A stretch of DNA of 56,633 bases, filler included, from Dugesia japonica (Eukaryota): assembly GCA_001938525.1 (NCBI GenBank). It is 5 parts of 5 records of this genome, joined end to end, with 100 filler letters (N's around TTAATTAATTAA, not from the genome) between each part and the next. Parts side by side here need not be neighbours in the genome. Positions count along the whole stretch, not along the records: positions 16,873 to 25,291 come from MQRL01498388.1; positions 25,392 to 34,483 come from MQRL01195461.1; positions 34,584 to 43,206 come from MQRL01627223.1; 2 more parts are not named here. One strand, 5' to 3'. Numbering within the stretch: position 1 is the stretch's first letter; the number at the start of each line of letters is the position of its first letter. A program made the translations under genes and the position numbers. Positions 25,116-37,659 of the stretch are shown here, in pieces. The notes under the pieces are model-generated. The model was not told the origin of the DNA. It made no database searches and saw only the letters and a list, made by a program, of their open reading frames with translations.

Positions 25116-25291
25116 GTTTAAAAAAGTGATATCGAAAAATGCATGATTTATTATAAAATCAGAAACAAAGAACATTAGTTTAAAAATGGTTTATGGTATT
25201 ATTTCAGTATCTAAGAATTACGAATGATAATTAATGAGAGTATATATTAAAAACAATTGAGAGTATACAATTAAAAAGTGTTGATTTTTTA

Positions 25292-25391
25292 NNNNNNNNN
25301 NNNNNNNNNNNNNNNNNNNNNNNNNNNNNNNNNNNTTAATTAATTAANNNNNNNNNNNNNNNNNNNNNNNNNNNNNNNNNNNNNNNNNNNN
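25292..25391. other. Artificial contig spacer
   Basis: 44 N + TTAATTAATTAA + 44 N. Confidence 0.95.
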
Positions 25392-26509
25392 ACGCCAAAT
25401 TTCATAAATATTTTCTTCAGCGCATCCAAGATTGGTCTTAGTTTATAAATTTTGTCACTATCAATAGTTGCATTATCATTTATATGAAGGTATAGCTTTA
25501 TTTGTTTGGATTTTTGTATTNNNNNNNNNNNNNNNNNNNNNNNNNNNNNNNNNNNNNNNNNNNNNNNNNNNNNNNNNNNNNNNNNNNNNNNNNNNNNNNN
25601 NCCATTAAAGAGAAGAATTCCATAAATATTTTTAATTCATTTATTTCAAGAGTAAAATTTGGATTATTTTTTTGTGCATCATAAATCAAGCTTTGCTCAA
25701 CAATAAAATTCAATAGGTCAATTGAAAACAATCTTCAAAAATTTAAAATTAGACTTTTATCCCTTTCCAATTTATCTTAGGTAATCTTGGATGAGGGCGT
25801 CATTTCATTTTCGTAAATTGGGTCAGAATTTTCCCATTTGGGAAGTAAGATTGTATTAACTTTTTTACGCGTGAAGGCTCATCTTCATTTGCTTGCGAAT
25901 TTCAGTATCATGTTTCTTCAAAAGTTCCTGCTATATCCTGAAGAATGCCGTTTTCAAACAATTATTCTTAATCAATATTTTCGTTTGTCAATTCGTCATG
26001 GAGTAGAGGAATAATAGCAATTTCAACAACTTCAACTTCATTATCATTCAAGTTTTCAATTTCTTCAGTTGTCAAATACTTTCGTCGAAACATGTTGAAA
26101 TAATGTAATTCTTAGGGCAAAGATAAAGTCAAATTATAGATTTATAATTCAAATTTAAAAAAATCCAAATAAATAATAAATAAATATTTATAAGAATCAA
26201 GCACATTTACGGTGTTTTTTTTTTGATAAAACAGCAAATTTTTTCAATTTAGTGTTAATATTATACTTACGAATTTTTTTTACAGTTTGGCTGTTGATAA
26301 TTGCTGATGATTATTGAATATAATTCACACTTAGTTACGCTACAATTATCTAGTTTAAATTTNNNNNNNNNNNNNNNNNNNNNNNGTTATATTTAGAAAA
26401 CATAAAAAACAATCTCTTGACTAAAATAATAACTTATTTACAATTATCATGGTTTTAATGCGATAAAAAATGCGTACTAAAAAAGGTACGTTGGCCGCTG
26501 ATGGGTTAA
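25392..26509 (-). mobile_element. piggyBac element, 5' end with TTAA site, TIR and degenerate transposase
   Basis: TTAA (26506-26509) followed by a CCCATCAGCGGCCAACGTACC terminus. Protein pieces: MFRRKYLTTEEIENL...IAIIP, LFSIDLLNFIVEQSLIYDAQKN...ELKIF, LHINDN...DKIYKLRPILDALK. Confidence 0.85.
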
Positions 26510-29500
26510 TAAGTAAATATACAAATTTAAATAATTAAAACAAAATGCAGTGAATTAAATCTTGATAATTTATTTATTTATTCGGATGAATTAAAAAATA
26601 AGTACCTATTTTTGTTTTAATTTCACAATTATCACATTATTTTTACACCGATCGACTCAGAAAATATACAAAGTATTTCAAAATTTATTGAATCAGGTAG
26701 CAATTGATAGAGAACTTCACGTTTATCATGACTGTCTTAGTTAAAAATCGTCAAAATTTGGANNNNNNNNNNNNNNNNNNNNNNNNNNNNNNNNNAATAT
26801 TTATTTCTGTACGTAATTTCAAGAGCACAATCTTCTTGGTAGTGGCAGTAATATTGCCGAGCATAACAATAAAAATGAGTATAATGCAAATTTGACTGAA
26901 TTAGGATGGAATGATAGTTTGGACGTCCCAAATCTAATGAGCAAAGAAATTACTTCATTTAGTTTGTAAATTTGAAATACTTTACACAAAATACTAAAAA
27001 TTAAAAAAACTAAACTGGAATTTATTATACAATAATAATGTATGTATTTATACTCAACAAAAGATTTTATGGTTCGAATTTTTCTATTACAAGACACCTG
27101 AAAAATTTTGTATCCATTGAATTAGGATAATTATATAATTTTCGGGTGTTTGATATTTTAAATGCTCTATCATATGTTGATACCGTATTTTATAAATGTA
27201 ATATAGTTATCAAAACGTTATAAATAGGGTAATATATGTTTATATTTCCCTATATAAATTTAAAAATAACCCACCTTTAATAGTAATAATAATAATAATA
27301 ATAATAGTAATAAATACTTGTAGAAATTAAAAACTTAAAAAGTAGAAATGCTTCTCATGGAGATTAGATTTCTAACTGAATTTACAAGTCCGAGAAATTA
27401 TGAAAATTGATTAGCATTTGTGTACTACATTTCAGCAACTGCATTCACACATAAAATACGTAATATAACTCAAGAACTACTTCAAATTTAAAATATTTCT
27501 TTTTTATAATAATTATTTTTATAGATATTTTTTTCAATAACTTTAATTAGTTTAACATATCTATATAAAAGCATAATTAATTTTTTCCAAGAGAAACTTA
27601 CCTGTTTGTTTTTTCAATAATAAAATATACTTTTCATAAAAATACACCTCTTTATTTTTTAATAAAAATAAAAATGCATTGGAATAGAAATTGAAATAAA
27701 ATAAAATCAAGAATAAATTGAAATGTCTATGGGATCAAAATGTTCACAATGTTTAATGTTGAATATCGTATGTTGATTTAGATATCGCATGTTGCATTGT
27801 TTATAGATATTGTTCTAGATATTGATTAATTGTTGATGTGTTTATGTTGTATTTTGTATGTTTGTAATGTATGTGATGCGTTTGCTAATTTATGTCAGAT
27901 CTTAGATTCCAACATCTGTATGTAAACATATCAAAATGTCATGAACAACAATGTAAAAAAATATCAAAAAACGAATGTTTTAAAATTGAAATTTACAAAT
28001 TCTATATATTTTGTTTTAGTTAAAATTTTTACCATTAAGAATACTTTCAATTTGTCTAATTTTCTTATCTTTACCTTTTTTTTATATAAATTGTACTAAA
28101 ATATTTAACTGGTAAAATTTATAACCATTTACAAAGCTACAAAAAATGAAAAAATTTAAATTTGGTATAAAATAAATACATTGTAGCTCTATAGCCAATT
28201 TCTTAAGAACATGTTTCCATTTTTAACATAAAAATCTCTCTTCTAATACGTCATCATATTATGCAAAATACGCTGCACAACCGATAGAAATGATACAAAT
28301 GACAACATAGTTTTAAAATGAAGCTGTTTATAAAATTTACTGGAAACAGTTGTAAGTAAAAAAATATTCGAAGTATTTGGTTTCAATTTTCATATTCTCT
28401 ATATTTTGATTATAAAATTGATTGTTTTTTAGAAAGCATTCAAATATATTATTAAATTCAAAAGTATCACAATGCTAAAATTTTTGGTGACCCCAACTAC
28501 ATATCTCGTGACCTGCATTACAGGATCAAATACTATTATAATGTATTAATAAATTCATATATTTCAATAAAATTTAGTAAAACTTTGTTAGTTCAATATA
28601 TTAAATAATAACAAATTTGTAAAATAATGAAAGGGGCATAAATAAAATCTATAAATGTTACTTAATTTAATTGCATAAGGCATAAAATTCATATCTTGAA
28701 CATAATGTATACATATTTTAAACATAAAGCCTATTCATATCTTGAACATAAATCATATAATTAATATTCGGAACTTAAGGCATATAATTTGGAACATTAA
28801 ACTTATTTATCATAAAATTAACTAAAAATTAATTAATGAAATATTGAAACATCTAAAATTCATAAGTTCGTATTGCTGTTTTTTTATTTGTCTAAAAAAA
28901 ATTAAATTAAATTTAAAGATAAAAATAACTTAATTTTTAAAAAAAATTGGAGCTTTGAGGTTTTTTTAGTTGCTTTACTGAACTTCGCTGGTACTTTTTT
29001 ATAGACACAATATATGGTGACTTATTACTTATACAATATGCTGGTGTTTGGAGTATTTCTATTTTTAACTGGCAGCATTGCTTATTACTGCTGCTAATAT
29101 CCTATGGNNNNNNNNNNNNNNNNNNNNNNNNNNNNNNNNNNNNNNNNNNNNNNNNNNNNNNNNNNNNNNNNNNTCAAAATAATTTTTAGTTTATACATAA
29201 TTTTTATTACCTTGTTTAATTTTTGTAACAGTAATTTAAATCAATATTTTTAATCATTTGATCTATTACTAAATCTAAGTCATAATAATAAATCATAAAA
29301 TTTCATTTTGTTTGTATACAATTTGTATATAGCATGTACATGCTATATATCATGATAAATAACAATAATTAAAACTTTTATTAGTCCTAATGAGGACCAT
29401 TAATCATAAAACAATCAAAATTTGTGGCCCTCGAATAGAAATATCATCGGAGGGCATATTTGAAACAATTTCATTTAAAGTATTTTTGTGGCATATTTTG

Positions 29501-30319
29501 TTTTGGTTCTTTATTTTTAACAAGATTTACTGGTTCTTCCGACTCTTGCTGGTATCCTATTTCCGCGTTTCTTATTTAGCTGTGATTTTAATTTCATAGT
29601 TGAATCCTTTGAACATTTAATAACATTTTTGCATCGCTTACGAGTTCTTTAAATCTCATTAGTTTCTGAATTTAATTTTTATTTATCAGCATGATTTCAT
29701 ACCCAAGAAATTATATTGAATTGATAATTGTATTTAAATAAAATTTTTGTATGAAAATATTTTTGCTTTGTTATTTATTTGTCATTTAACAGCGTAAGCA
29801 CTTTTTAATTGTTTTGTTTAAGAAATTTTTAGCTTAAGTCTCCCAGTCACAGCATATGGTGTTTGTTGTTTGTTATTACGCTATAATAATATTATACTTG
29901 TTTATTGATTGTTATTCTCGGATTGTCAAAATAATTTTTAGTTTATACATAATTTTTATTACCTTGTTTAATTTTTGTAACATTGCATAAAATTTTCGAA
30001 TAGATCCAAACTTATTAAATTTCCTTCTTCTATCAATTTTCGCAATCAATTTTGACATTTAATTCATTTTTCTATTATCGCTTTCAAAAGATTAAAATAT
30101 GTCATTTGTCGCTTGTGGTTCTGACATGAAGACCAAGTAATATAACATTATATTCTCTTAGATTTAAATTCACATAAGAAAGTTGTATGAATTTGGTCGT
30201 TGTTTTATTAATTATTATTGATGAATTTCACCAAATTTATCTTCAGTATCATTTACCAACGAATATATATTNTATATTTTAAATAATAAATAAGAAGACT
30301 CTTAATTAAAAAACTCGAA

Positions 30320-30570
30320 GGCTTTCTTTGGTTAATTTCTTCCAATCATAGTCCATTACTTGTAATTCATTGTCATCCTCACTCTGCAATACAATTTCAT
30401 CGATCTTCTTATACAAAGTATCACAAACTGCAAGGAGAATTGTATGATTATGACAAAATATACCAATAATTATCAATATTTTCATATATAGTTTGTTAAC
30501 ATTTGTGTTGTCTTGAGTTAATACAACAATATTACACTCTAAATTTAATCTGAATTTAAACGTGTATTTT
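30320..30570 (-). pseudogene. Possible Polinton A32-like packaging ATPase C-terminal fragment
   Basis: FKFRLNLECNIVVLTQDNTNVNK(frameshift)TIYENIDNY resembles GRH.N.S.I.L.Q.....KTIREN. Walker motifs not seen. Confidence 0.25.
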
Positions 30571-33539
30571 TAAAAAATAAGCTTTTACTTATTCGCCTCA
30601 ATCAAAAATTTAGTTTTTCACCTTATTGAAGTGTCGATTGAATTAAAAATCGCTAGGTACTTGTATTTGATTTATAGCATGTTACAATGTCATTAACTTT
30701 TCTATCACAAAAAATTAAATAAAAAACATAATTTCTTTCAATTTAACTCTATTTAGGACAAATGAATGAACTCAAATTGGAGATAATTAACAATTAATTA
30801 ATTAAAAATAAATAAATTAAAATTATTATAAAATTAAAATAAATACAATAAGATCAACATCTATGAATACAAATATTAAATAAAAGATAATATTGTCAAT
30901 ATTTATTAAACGAAGTAAAATCACAATGATTATTAATTATCCGAATTTGAAAATAACTCTGGATTTGAATAGGCTTGATCTGACAGATTGGATTGGGAGT
31001 TATTGATTTGTATTATGCAATATGCATATGTTATGTATTACGTAGACCTAAAATATCTATTACCGTTCGACGATGACGACTCAGCATCTTGTTGTCATTC
31101 GTAGATTTTCTTTTGTAGCAAAAGAGAAAGATTGTACAGCATGATCTTGGGTAAATGTACTTTTGATAAGGAGTTATGGAGGTTTTTTCATTGGTAATAT
31201 AATATATATAACATATAAAATAAGTTGTGTGTTAATTTAACGAATTGATTCGTTAAAAAAAGTAATTAAATGTATTAAATTAATGTATTAAACTTTACTT
31301 CAAGATCTAAAATACTAAACTACATACGTCTTTTCCTGCAATCTGATTGGTCTATACTGAACCTATTTTGTGTGTAAAATTTTTCTTGCAATATGATTGG
31401 TGCATACTGAACCATTTAATATATTTTCCCTGTCAGTCAGGGCATGGCAGGTAGTTCAGTGAGTCACTATCTACCTGCTTTGGTATTAATGAGGGCACAA
31501 ATTCAAATGTACCACATATTTTTTTAAATAATTATTTTTTTATTCTTTTTAACTTTGATTAACTTTGAATCAATAAATCTNNNNNNNNNNNNNNNNNNNN
31601 NNNNNNNNNNNNNNNNNNNNNNNNNNNNNNNNNNNNNNNNNNNTTGTAACATGAATTCTATCTATTGGCCAAGTTATTATTGATTTAAAAATATTTAAAT
31701 ATATTAAATTACAAAATTTGAAAATATCTAGTTTAAATTCATTGTTAAAGATTATTGTAATTATAATTATAAATATCATTTTTTATTAATTATAAAACTT
31801 AATTTCGAAATCTAAAATACTGAACTACATATGTATTTTACTGCAATCTGGATTAGTCGATACTGAACCACTTAAAAATTTTCCCACGTCAGTTATGTCT
31901 AGGCGCCAATATCTAATAATTTATATTGTATTATTAGTATTATTATTATATTATGTATTATTAGTATTAGTATTGTATTATTATTTTGAGACTACTAAGC
32001 AGTTATAATTGTTTAAAAAAGAAACAAAAAGTCAAAAATTTTCATTAAGTCATAATATTGGTCAAAAAAGTCAATTTTTTTTCTGTTAAAAAAGATTGCC
32101 CTAATTTATTACTGTTATAAATGCCTGCTTGATTCAATAACTCTGAATTATTTCAATTTAATAATAATGACTGAAATTGGTTAATATAAATATAATTTTC
32201 TTATATTCATTAGGGTGTTTCTTTTGAAGCATAGAGTTTTTTGTTTTACGTTTTTTCTTTATTATCCGGATCATTTTAGAATCACATATGCTTAATATAT
32301 ACTATTTATATGATATCATTTTATATGATAGCAACAAGAAAATATCCTCCAAACAGGGAAGGTAAACTAATCCCTGAAATAAAATAAAATTCAGTTAAAT
32401 AATATATTAATACATTTGTTCTTATATACAAAATAATTAGGAAAAAATTAAATGAAAAAATCATTAGATAATATAAAAATATATTTATATTTCGAAAAAT
32501 AATCTTACAAAGGATTAATTATCCATGCTTTTTTCGGATTTATGTTTGAAGGCTGTTCTCTTTCAATAGAATAATGAAATAGTCCTCATCAAAATTGCAT
32601 GCTCGATCTGAGTAGCAAGTATTTTGAGGATCAAATGTGCTGCGTAGACAGCACAATATCTCAAACCAATAATGCAGCTTTTAGAATTCGATTAAAAGCA
32701 TATAAAATCAGATATATCTAAAATTTTGTTTTTTATCTATTTGGCATTGCATTTCTAAAAGCTTTAAGATTTAAATAAAATATATTGACATGCAAAATTG
32801 AGTNAAATTTTGTAGATCACAAAAGGGGATTTCAAATAAATGTTATTTTTTAATAATACAAATGGTGTGCTTAACCAAACTAGAATTAAATATAAAAAAA
32901 TTAAGGTAAAATTAAGTTAGTTTTTAAGATTTTACATTGCCTGAAATTTTATGATCGTAGATGATCCTATTAGTCGAACAAATGCTGGTGGCATTTAAAT
33001 ATTACTTGAAAGTTTTATTATTATTGTCTTATTTTGTAGATTCTCTTAATTGATAATAACTAATCAATTATTGCTCTCAATAGTTTTTTCTCATATATAG
33101 TTTTATTTTGATTTTTATTGATTTCGTATTTTGCTTAGAGTTTGATTTCCATTTTATGGCTAATTTTGCAATAATTAAAAGCTATTGTCTATATTTTGAA
33201 AATTACATAATTAGAATGATCTATTTTTATTCTAAATTTTGGTATTAATAAAATCACTTTATGACTAATAAACCAATTATTATTTCCGTTGATTTAGACT
33301 TCATTAACTAAATTCATCAAACAGTTACAAAACAATAACACCAACGCATTCACTATTGTAATTAATAGATATAAACAAACGAAATAGGGGTTGATTGAAC
33401 TACTATATAACAGTACTACATAACAGATTTGAAATTTTGAACTACTTGAATTTTGTTATCTATTGATAAATAACTACTTGATTATATAGATTGATTGTAA
33501 TTTTGATGAGTTACTATAATGAGTGAGAAATTTCTATTT

Positions 33540-34052
33540 AAAGCGCCATGGGGGTCACCGGTGACCGGCGAACCAAGATTATTAGAAAATCGTCGCTTGA
33601 CTCTAGCTTTTCCCCGTAATTTTATTAAGTTCATGACGTGGATTTCTCGGTAGGCTCGTAGGCGAAGAAAGGCAATCATCAGTGTCATTATCTTTGCATT
33701 TTGTTAAATACATGGCTATTTTCATTCGAAAATTAGGTATTTTGTTATTTCTGAAGAGTTACCTGTTTGAACATTACTAATGCGTTCACAATACAAGTAT
33801 TCAATAACAGCTCTATTGCTGACATTTTATACCATTTTACAGTGCTACGAAATGGTGAACTGTATGGTATCATTTGATCCGATAAATCAACTGAAGCCTT
33901 TTCTAAATTATATTCGACAACTACTTTTGGTTTATCACATAAATACCATTTTTTATTTACTGTCGTCATTTCCGTTGAATTTTGAGTAAAAAGCATAAGC
34001 ACATCCCTTTTATCCTTCCATTTAAAGACTATTATACCTTTTTCATTTTCTC
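33540..34052 (-). pseudogene. piggyBac transposase C-terminal region and 3' subterminal palindrome
   Basis: KWKDKRDVLML...KPKVVVEYNLEKASVDLSDQM..YS...KWYK...NA.VMF, then shifted IPNFRMKIA...RHEL...ARVKRRF; palindrome ggtcaccggtgacc at 33553-33566. Confidence 0.85.
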
Positions 34053-34275
34053 TACGGTTGAAGCAATTCCAGATGCAATTTCTTGCAGTTCCAGCTAACG
34101 CACCAATAATTGCTGGTATTGCAGCTAGAAATGCAAATCCTCCTTTATGTTTTTGTTTATTAACTTCTTTTACTTTTTTACTAATATAATAATTTTTACC
34201 ATCAATTTTTATAGATTTACATTTCTTTGAATTTATTATTTTTTCTAATTCTTCTTCCGTTGGATTGTTTGTCAT
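34053..34275 (-). pseudogene. Polinton/adintovirus core protein resembling adenovirus pX (mu precursor)
   Basis: Basic N-terminus, then KHKGG|FAFLAAIPAIIGALAGTA; a 1-nt shift restores IASGIASTV (cf. pX RGGFLPALIPIIAAAIGAIPGIAS). Starts 6 bp after a pPolB stop. Confidence 0.65.
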
Positions 34276-34280
34276 TTTCT

Positions 34281-34483
34281 TTAAGAAAAATATGCATATC
34301 CATGTGGCTGCGTTTTTATACCATTATCTTCAATAATTCCTTTATCATCATATCCCATTAATGCAATCTTTTTTTGTTTTACTATTTCAATTTCATGTTC
34401 ATGAGATACTAAAGAATTATTTATTCCATAAAATATTTTTTTAGGATTATTTAAAACCTCATCGAAATCTTTCATCAACAATT
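34281..34483 (-). pseudogene. Polinton pPolB extreme C-terminus (truncated by contig end)
   Basis: SLVSHEHEIEIVKQKKIALMGYDDKGIIEDNGIKTQPHGY (cf. S..H.I.T..Q.K.AL..YDDKR.I..DGI.T.P.GH). Confidence 0.8.
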
Positions 34484-34583
34484 NNNNNNNNNNNNNNNNN
34501 NNNNNNNNNNNNNNNNNNNNNNNNNNNTTAATTAATTAANNNNNNNNNNNNNNNNNNNNNNNNNNNNNNNNNNNNNNNNNNNN
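34484..34583. other. Artificial contig spacer
   Basis: 44 N + TTAATTAATTAA + 44 N. Confidence 0.95.
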
Positions 34584-35221
34584 ATTAGAAATTGTTGATG
34601 AAGTTATTCGAATATAATTGTCAGTTTCTAAACGAGATTCACTCAGTGATATCGATATTTTTATAGATCCCAACATCAGGAAAACCTAAAGATTTTCTTA
34701 AAATTCACGAAAAACATTTAAAATCACAAAACACCTAAACATTCATGAAATTTTCGATAGAGTTGTTAAAACCAAAATAAAGCCTCTATAAAACATTGTT
34801 AAACTAATTTTAACATCATATAAATTCAAATAAAATACCATTATCAATCCATTATAAAACTGCAATGAATCCCATAAATTCATTATAGCTGCATGAATTC
34901 TTAAAATTCCCGAAAAATCTAAAAAGTCGTAGTTACAATACCCTCTTGACACATTAAATAATAATACGCTTTTCAAATATTTATTATAATACAATTGCTG
35001 AATATTTAAACAAAAATACTATTTTATTGTTACTCTCCCTTCCTTTACGATTTGTGTTACTCTTTCAGCCATTCAATTCTTCTGTATTTTTTTCCATCTG
35101 GATACTCTAGTTTGACTTGTAGATACGACGGGAAAGCAACTATCTTTACAGGATCTTTATATAAAGTCCCATCCTTTCGTCTCTTTTGTAGATATATTTT
35201 TACCAACACTTCCTTATCCTT

Positions 35222-35880
35222 TTAAAAAACTCCACGCACCTTCTTCTCAACATCTAGACCTTTCATTCTTTCCTCTGAAATATCAAGATAACCACGTACC
35301 TTTGACAATACTTGTTCTTGTTCCAATTTTACGTACGGAAATTTGCCATGAATATTTATCTTCCTTCCAAATATTATTTCCATCGGAGAAAATCTTGTTA
35401 ACTCTTGTATCGTTGAGTTAATGGAATATTCAATTTTCGGTATGATTTCGTCACAGCACAATCCTGTTCGCCCATAATTTTAAAAATTGTCAAACATATC
35501 TCGGACCGTCCTAATTGTTCGCTCTGCTAAGCCGTTCAATTTATGATTATATGATGAAGTAAAAATCCCCTCAATATTAAATTTATCAACCAAGCCCTTG
35601 ATCTGATTCACTTCAAAGACTTTACCTCTGTCTGATACAATCAATTTCGGTTTTCCAAATTTGTAAATCAATTGATGTAAGATAACACGGTGAATTGTAT
35701 TTTAATCTTATTTTTGGGTTGGTGTTAAACTAATCATCTTGCTTAATTGATCGATTATTATGGCCATATAACGATTACTGCTTCTGCTTTCCTTCATATG
35801 CTCAATATCTATCACGATTTGATCCATAGGGTTCATAACCTTTCTTGGTATTAAATATTCGGCTGTCTTTGATGTTAGTA
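35222..35880 (-). pseudogene. Gypsy integrase core (DD35E), frameshifted
   Basis: QIVIDI, IIDQLSK, FGKPKLIVSDRG...TSSYNHKLNGLAER (35 aa between D and E), NSTIQELTRFSPMEIIFGR. Confidence 0.9.
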
Positions 35881-36067
35881 TTTTCCTTGATTATTTACCC
35901 ATGGTTTGATTACTTGTTGTAAATTGTGTCTAATTGACCTTTTGATACCTGTTACTACTGCGTATGTCGGCCTATGCTATCTTTTGCTATCTTAAATGAC
36001 AATATCTTCTGACTTTTCTTCAATACTCATTGAAAATTTTAAAATTTATCGAATATTCCTCAATTTC

Positions 36068-36550
36068 CTACAAGGATTTATCTGGGTTCATTGCGATTGA
36101 CTCCTTTACTTTCCCGGAGCACATTTGATTTGAAATTATATCCTTCACGATTATGTCTTCTGTTTGCTTCCCCGACAAAACACTTCTTACCAACTTCCTC
36201 ACTCTAATTACAAAATTCTCATACCTTTCATTTGATCGTTGATAAACTTGGCTCAAATCATCGATCTTTTGCAAAAATGTTTTCGACTTGATGTACTTTG
36301 CACTATACCAATTTCTTGTATCTTCATCTGACGGAATCTTTATTCTTTCTTTAAAGGCTATCCATAATTCCTTCAAGTCATCGTGCAGCAATAAATCAAA
36401 TGCTGCAAATAAATTTAAAGAATTTATGGTTAACAAATCTTCAATTGGTTGCAGCCACTCTTTTGTTTCTTCCTTGTAGCCAAAAAACATTTTTATTATT
36501 GGATAAATTGATTCTTGAACCTTCTTTGGCAACGATTCTAAAATTTTCAT
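36068..36550 (-). pseudogene. Gypsy gag
   Basis: ORF just after the PBS containing QRSNERYENFVIRVRKL (Q...E....F..R major-homology-like motif). Confidence 0.75.
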
Positions 36551-36989
36551 CCGCTGCTGACTCTTTGTGAGAACTGTGATTTCGGCGTGTTCGCCAGTTA
36601 AAACACCATCTTGACACATTAAATAATAATACACTTTTCAAATATTTATTATAAAATATAAAATTATAAAACAATTTTTGAATTTCATTAAAATAGGAAA
36701 AAACTTCGATCAAAATAAAATTTATTTGAACTTTTTTACAAATAAATTTATTTTTATCGAAGCTTTTTCTTATTTTAATGAAATCTCAAATGCGATCAAT
36801 GGTTAAGTCCAACNNNNNNNNNNNNNNNNNNNNNNNNNNNNNNNNNNNNNNNNNNNNNNNNNNTTAATGAAATCTCAAATGCGATCAATGGTTAAGTCCA
36901 ACAATTATTCTCACAATAATTGTAATTATAAAAATTTCTGATTATTTAAACAACAATATTATTGTTACTGTCAGATATCAGCATTCAAA

Positions 36990-37400
36990 GCTTTGTGAAT
37001 CCTGAAATTTAATGGAAACCCAATAAAACCACTAAATATGTATGAAAACCCATATAAATTTCTTATGAAGAAACCATATATCCATTAAAATTCACAATAT
37101 ATCTAAAGAAATCCCATAAAATTCATGAAATATATAGGAATTCTTAAATTTTGAAACTCCCATAAACCCGTAAATTTTCTTAAAAACGCTCATTAACACC
37201 TGAAAACTCATGAAAAAATCCATAAATCTCTGGAAATTCACAAAATTTCGACAAAACTACTAAATATTACCGAAAATCCCATATATCTCTTAAAATTCAA
37301 GAAATCTCCACGAATCCTAAATTTCGATAAAACTCCCATAAACCCTAAGAATTCACGAAAACCCTAATTAACCCATAAATTTCATGAAAACCCCACTTAT
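36990..37400. repeat. Degenerate tandem array (aaattcacgaaaacccataa-like), continued at 34680-34930
   Basis: The same unit occurs on both sides of the Gypsy element, consistent with a nested insertion. Confidence 0.7.
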
Positions 37401-37659
37401 CACTTTATAGCATATAAGAATAGCATACATTTAGTACCCCCTTTTGGTGATTTTAAGTTAACATATTTGGAATCAGCAAAACATTCTCTATCAAATACAT
37501 ATCTTTTTGAGTTATTTTGAGAAGAAAAAACTTTAGAAAAATTCTGTTCAAAATACTGAGAAAACCAAAAATGCGGGCGCCACTATCTACTGTGAGTAAG
37601 CTCATTTTTCACTGTAAAGTCAACGTTTTTACGTACTAGTCCTTAAGGTAATGTATAAG

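Larger units (their letters stand above)
34931..36969 (-). mobile_element. Internally deleted Ty3/Gypsy LTR retrotransposon
   Basis: 5' LTR 36596-36969 and shortened 3' LTR 34931-35034, both AGTAAC...TAACT on the minus strand. PBS TGGCGAACACG overlaps the LTR by 1 nt; PPT AAAGGAAGGGAG at 35035-35046. gag is followed directly by integrase. Confidence 0.85.

Noticed and set aside
29174-29230. Exact 57-bp direct repeat with 29926-29982
   Set aside because: Abuts an N gap; likely an assembly overlap artefact, as is 36774-36813 versus 36864-36903.
34743-34994. ORFs sharing YNKYLKSVLLFNVSR (also 36441-36713)
   Set aside because: Translation of the duplicated LTR sequence, not a protein family.
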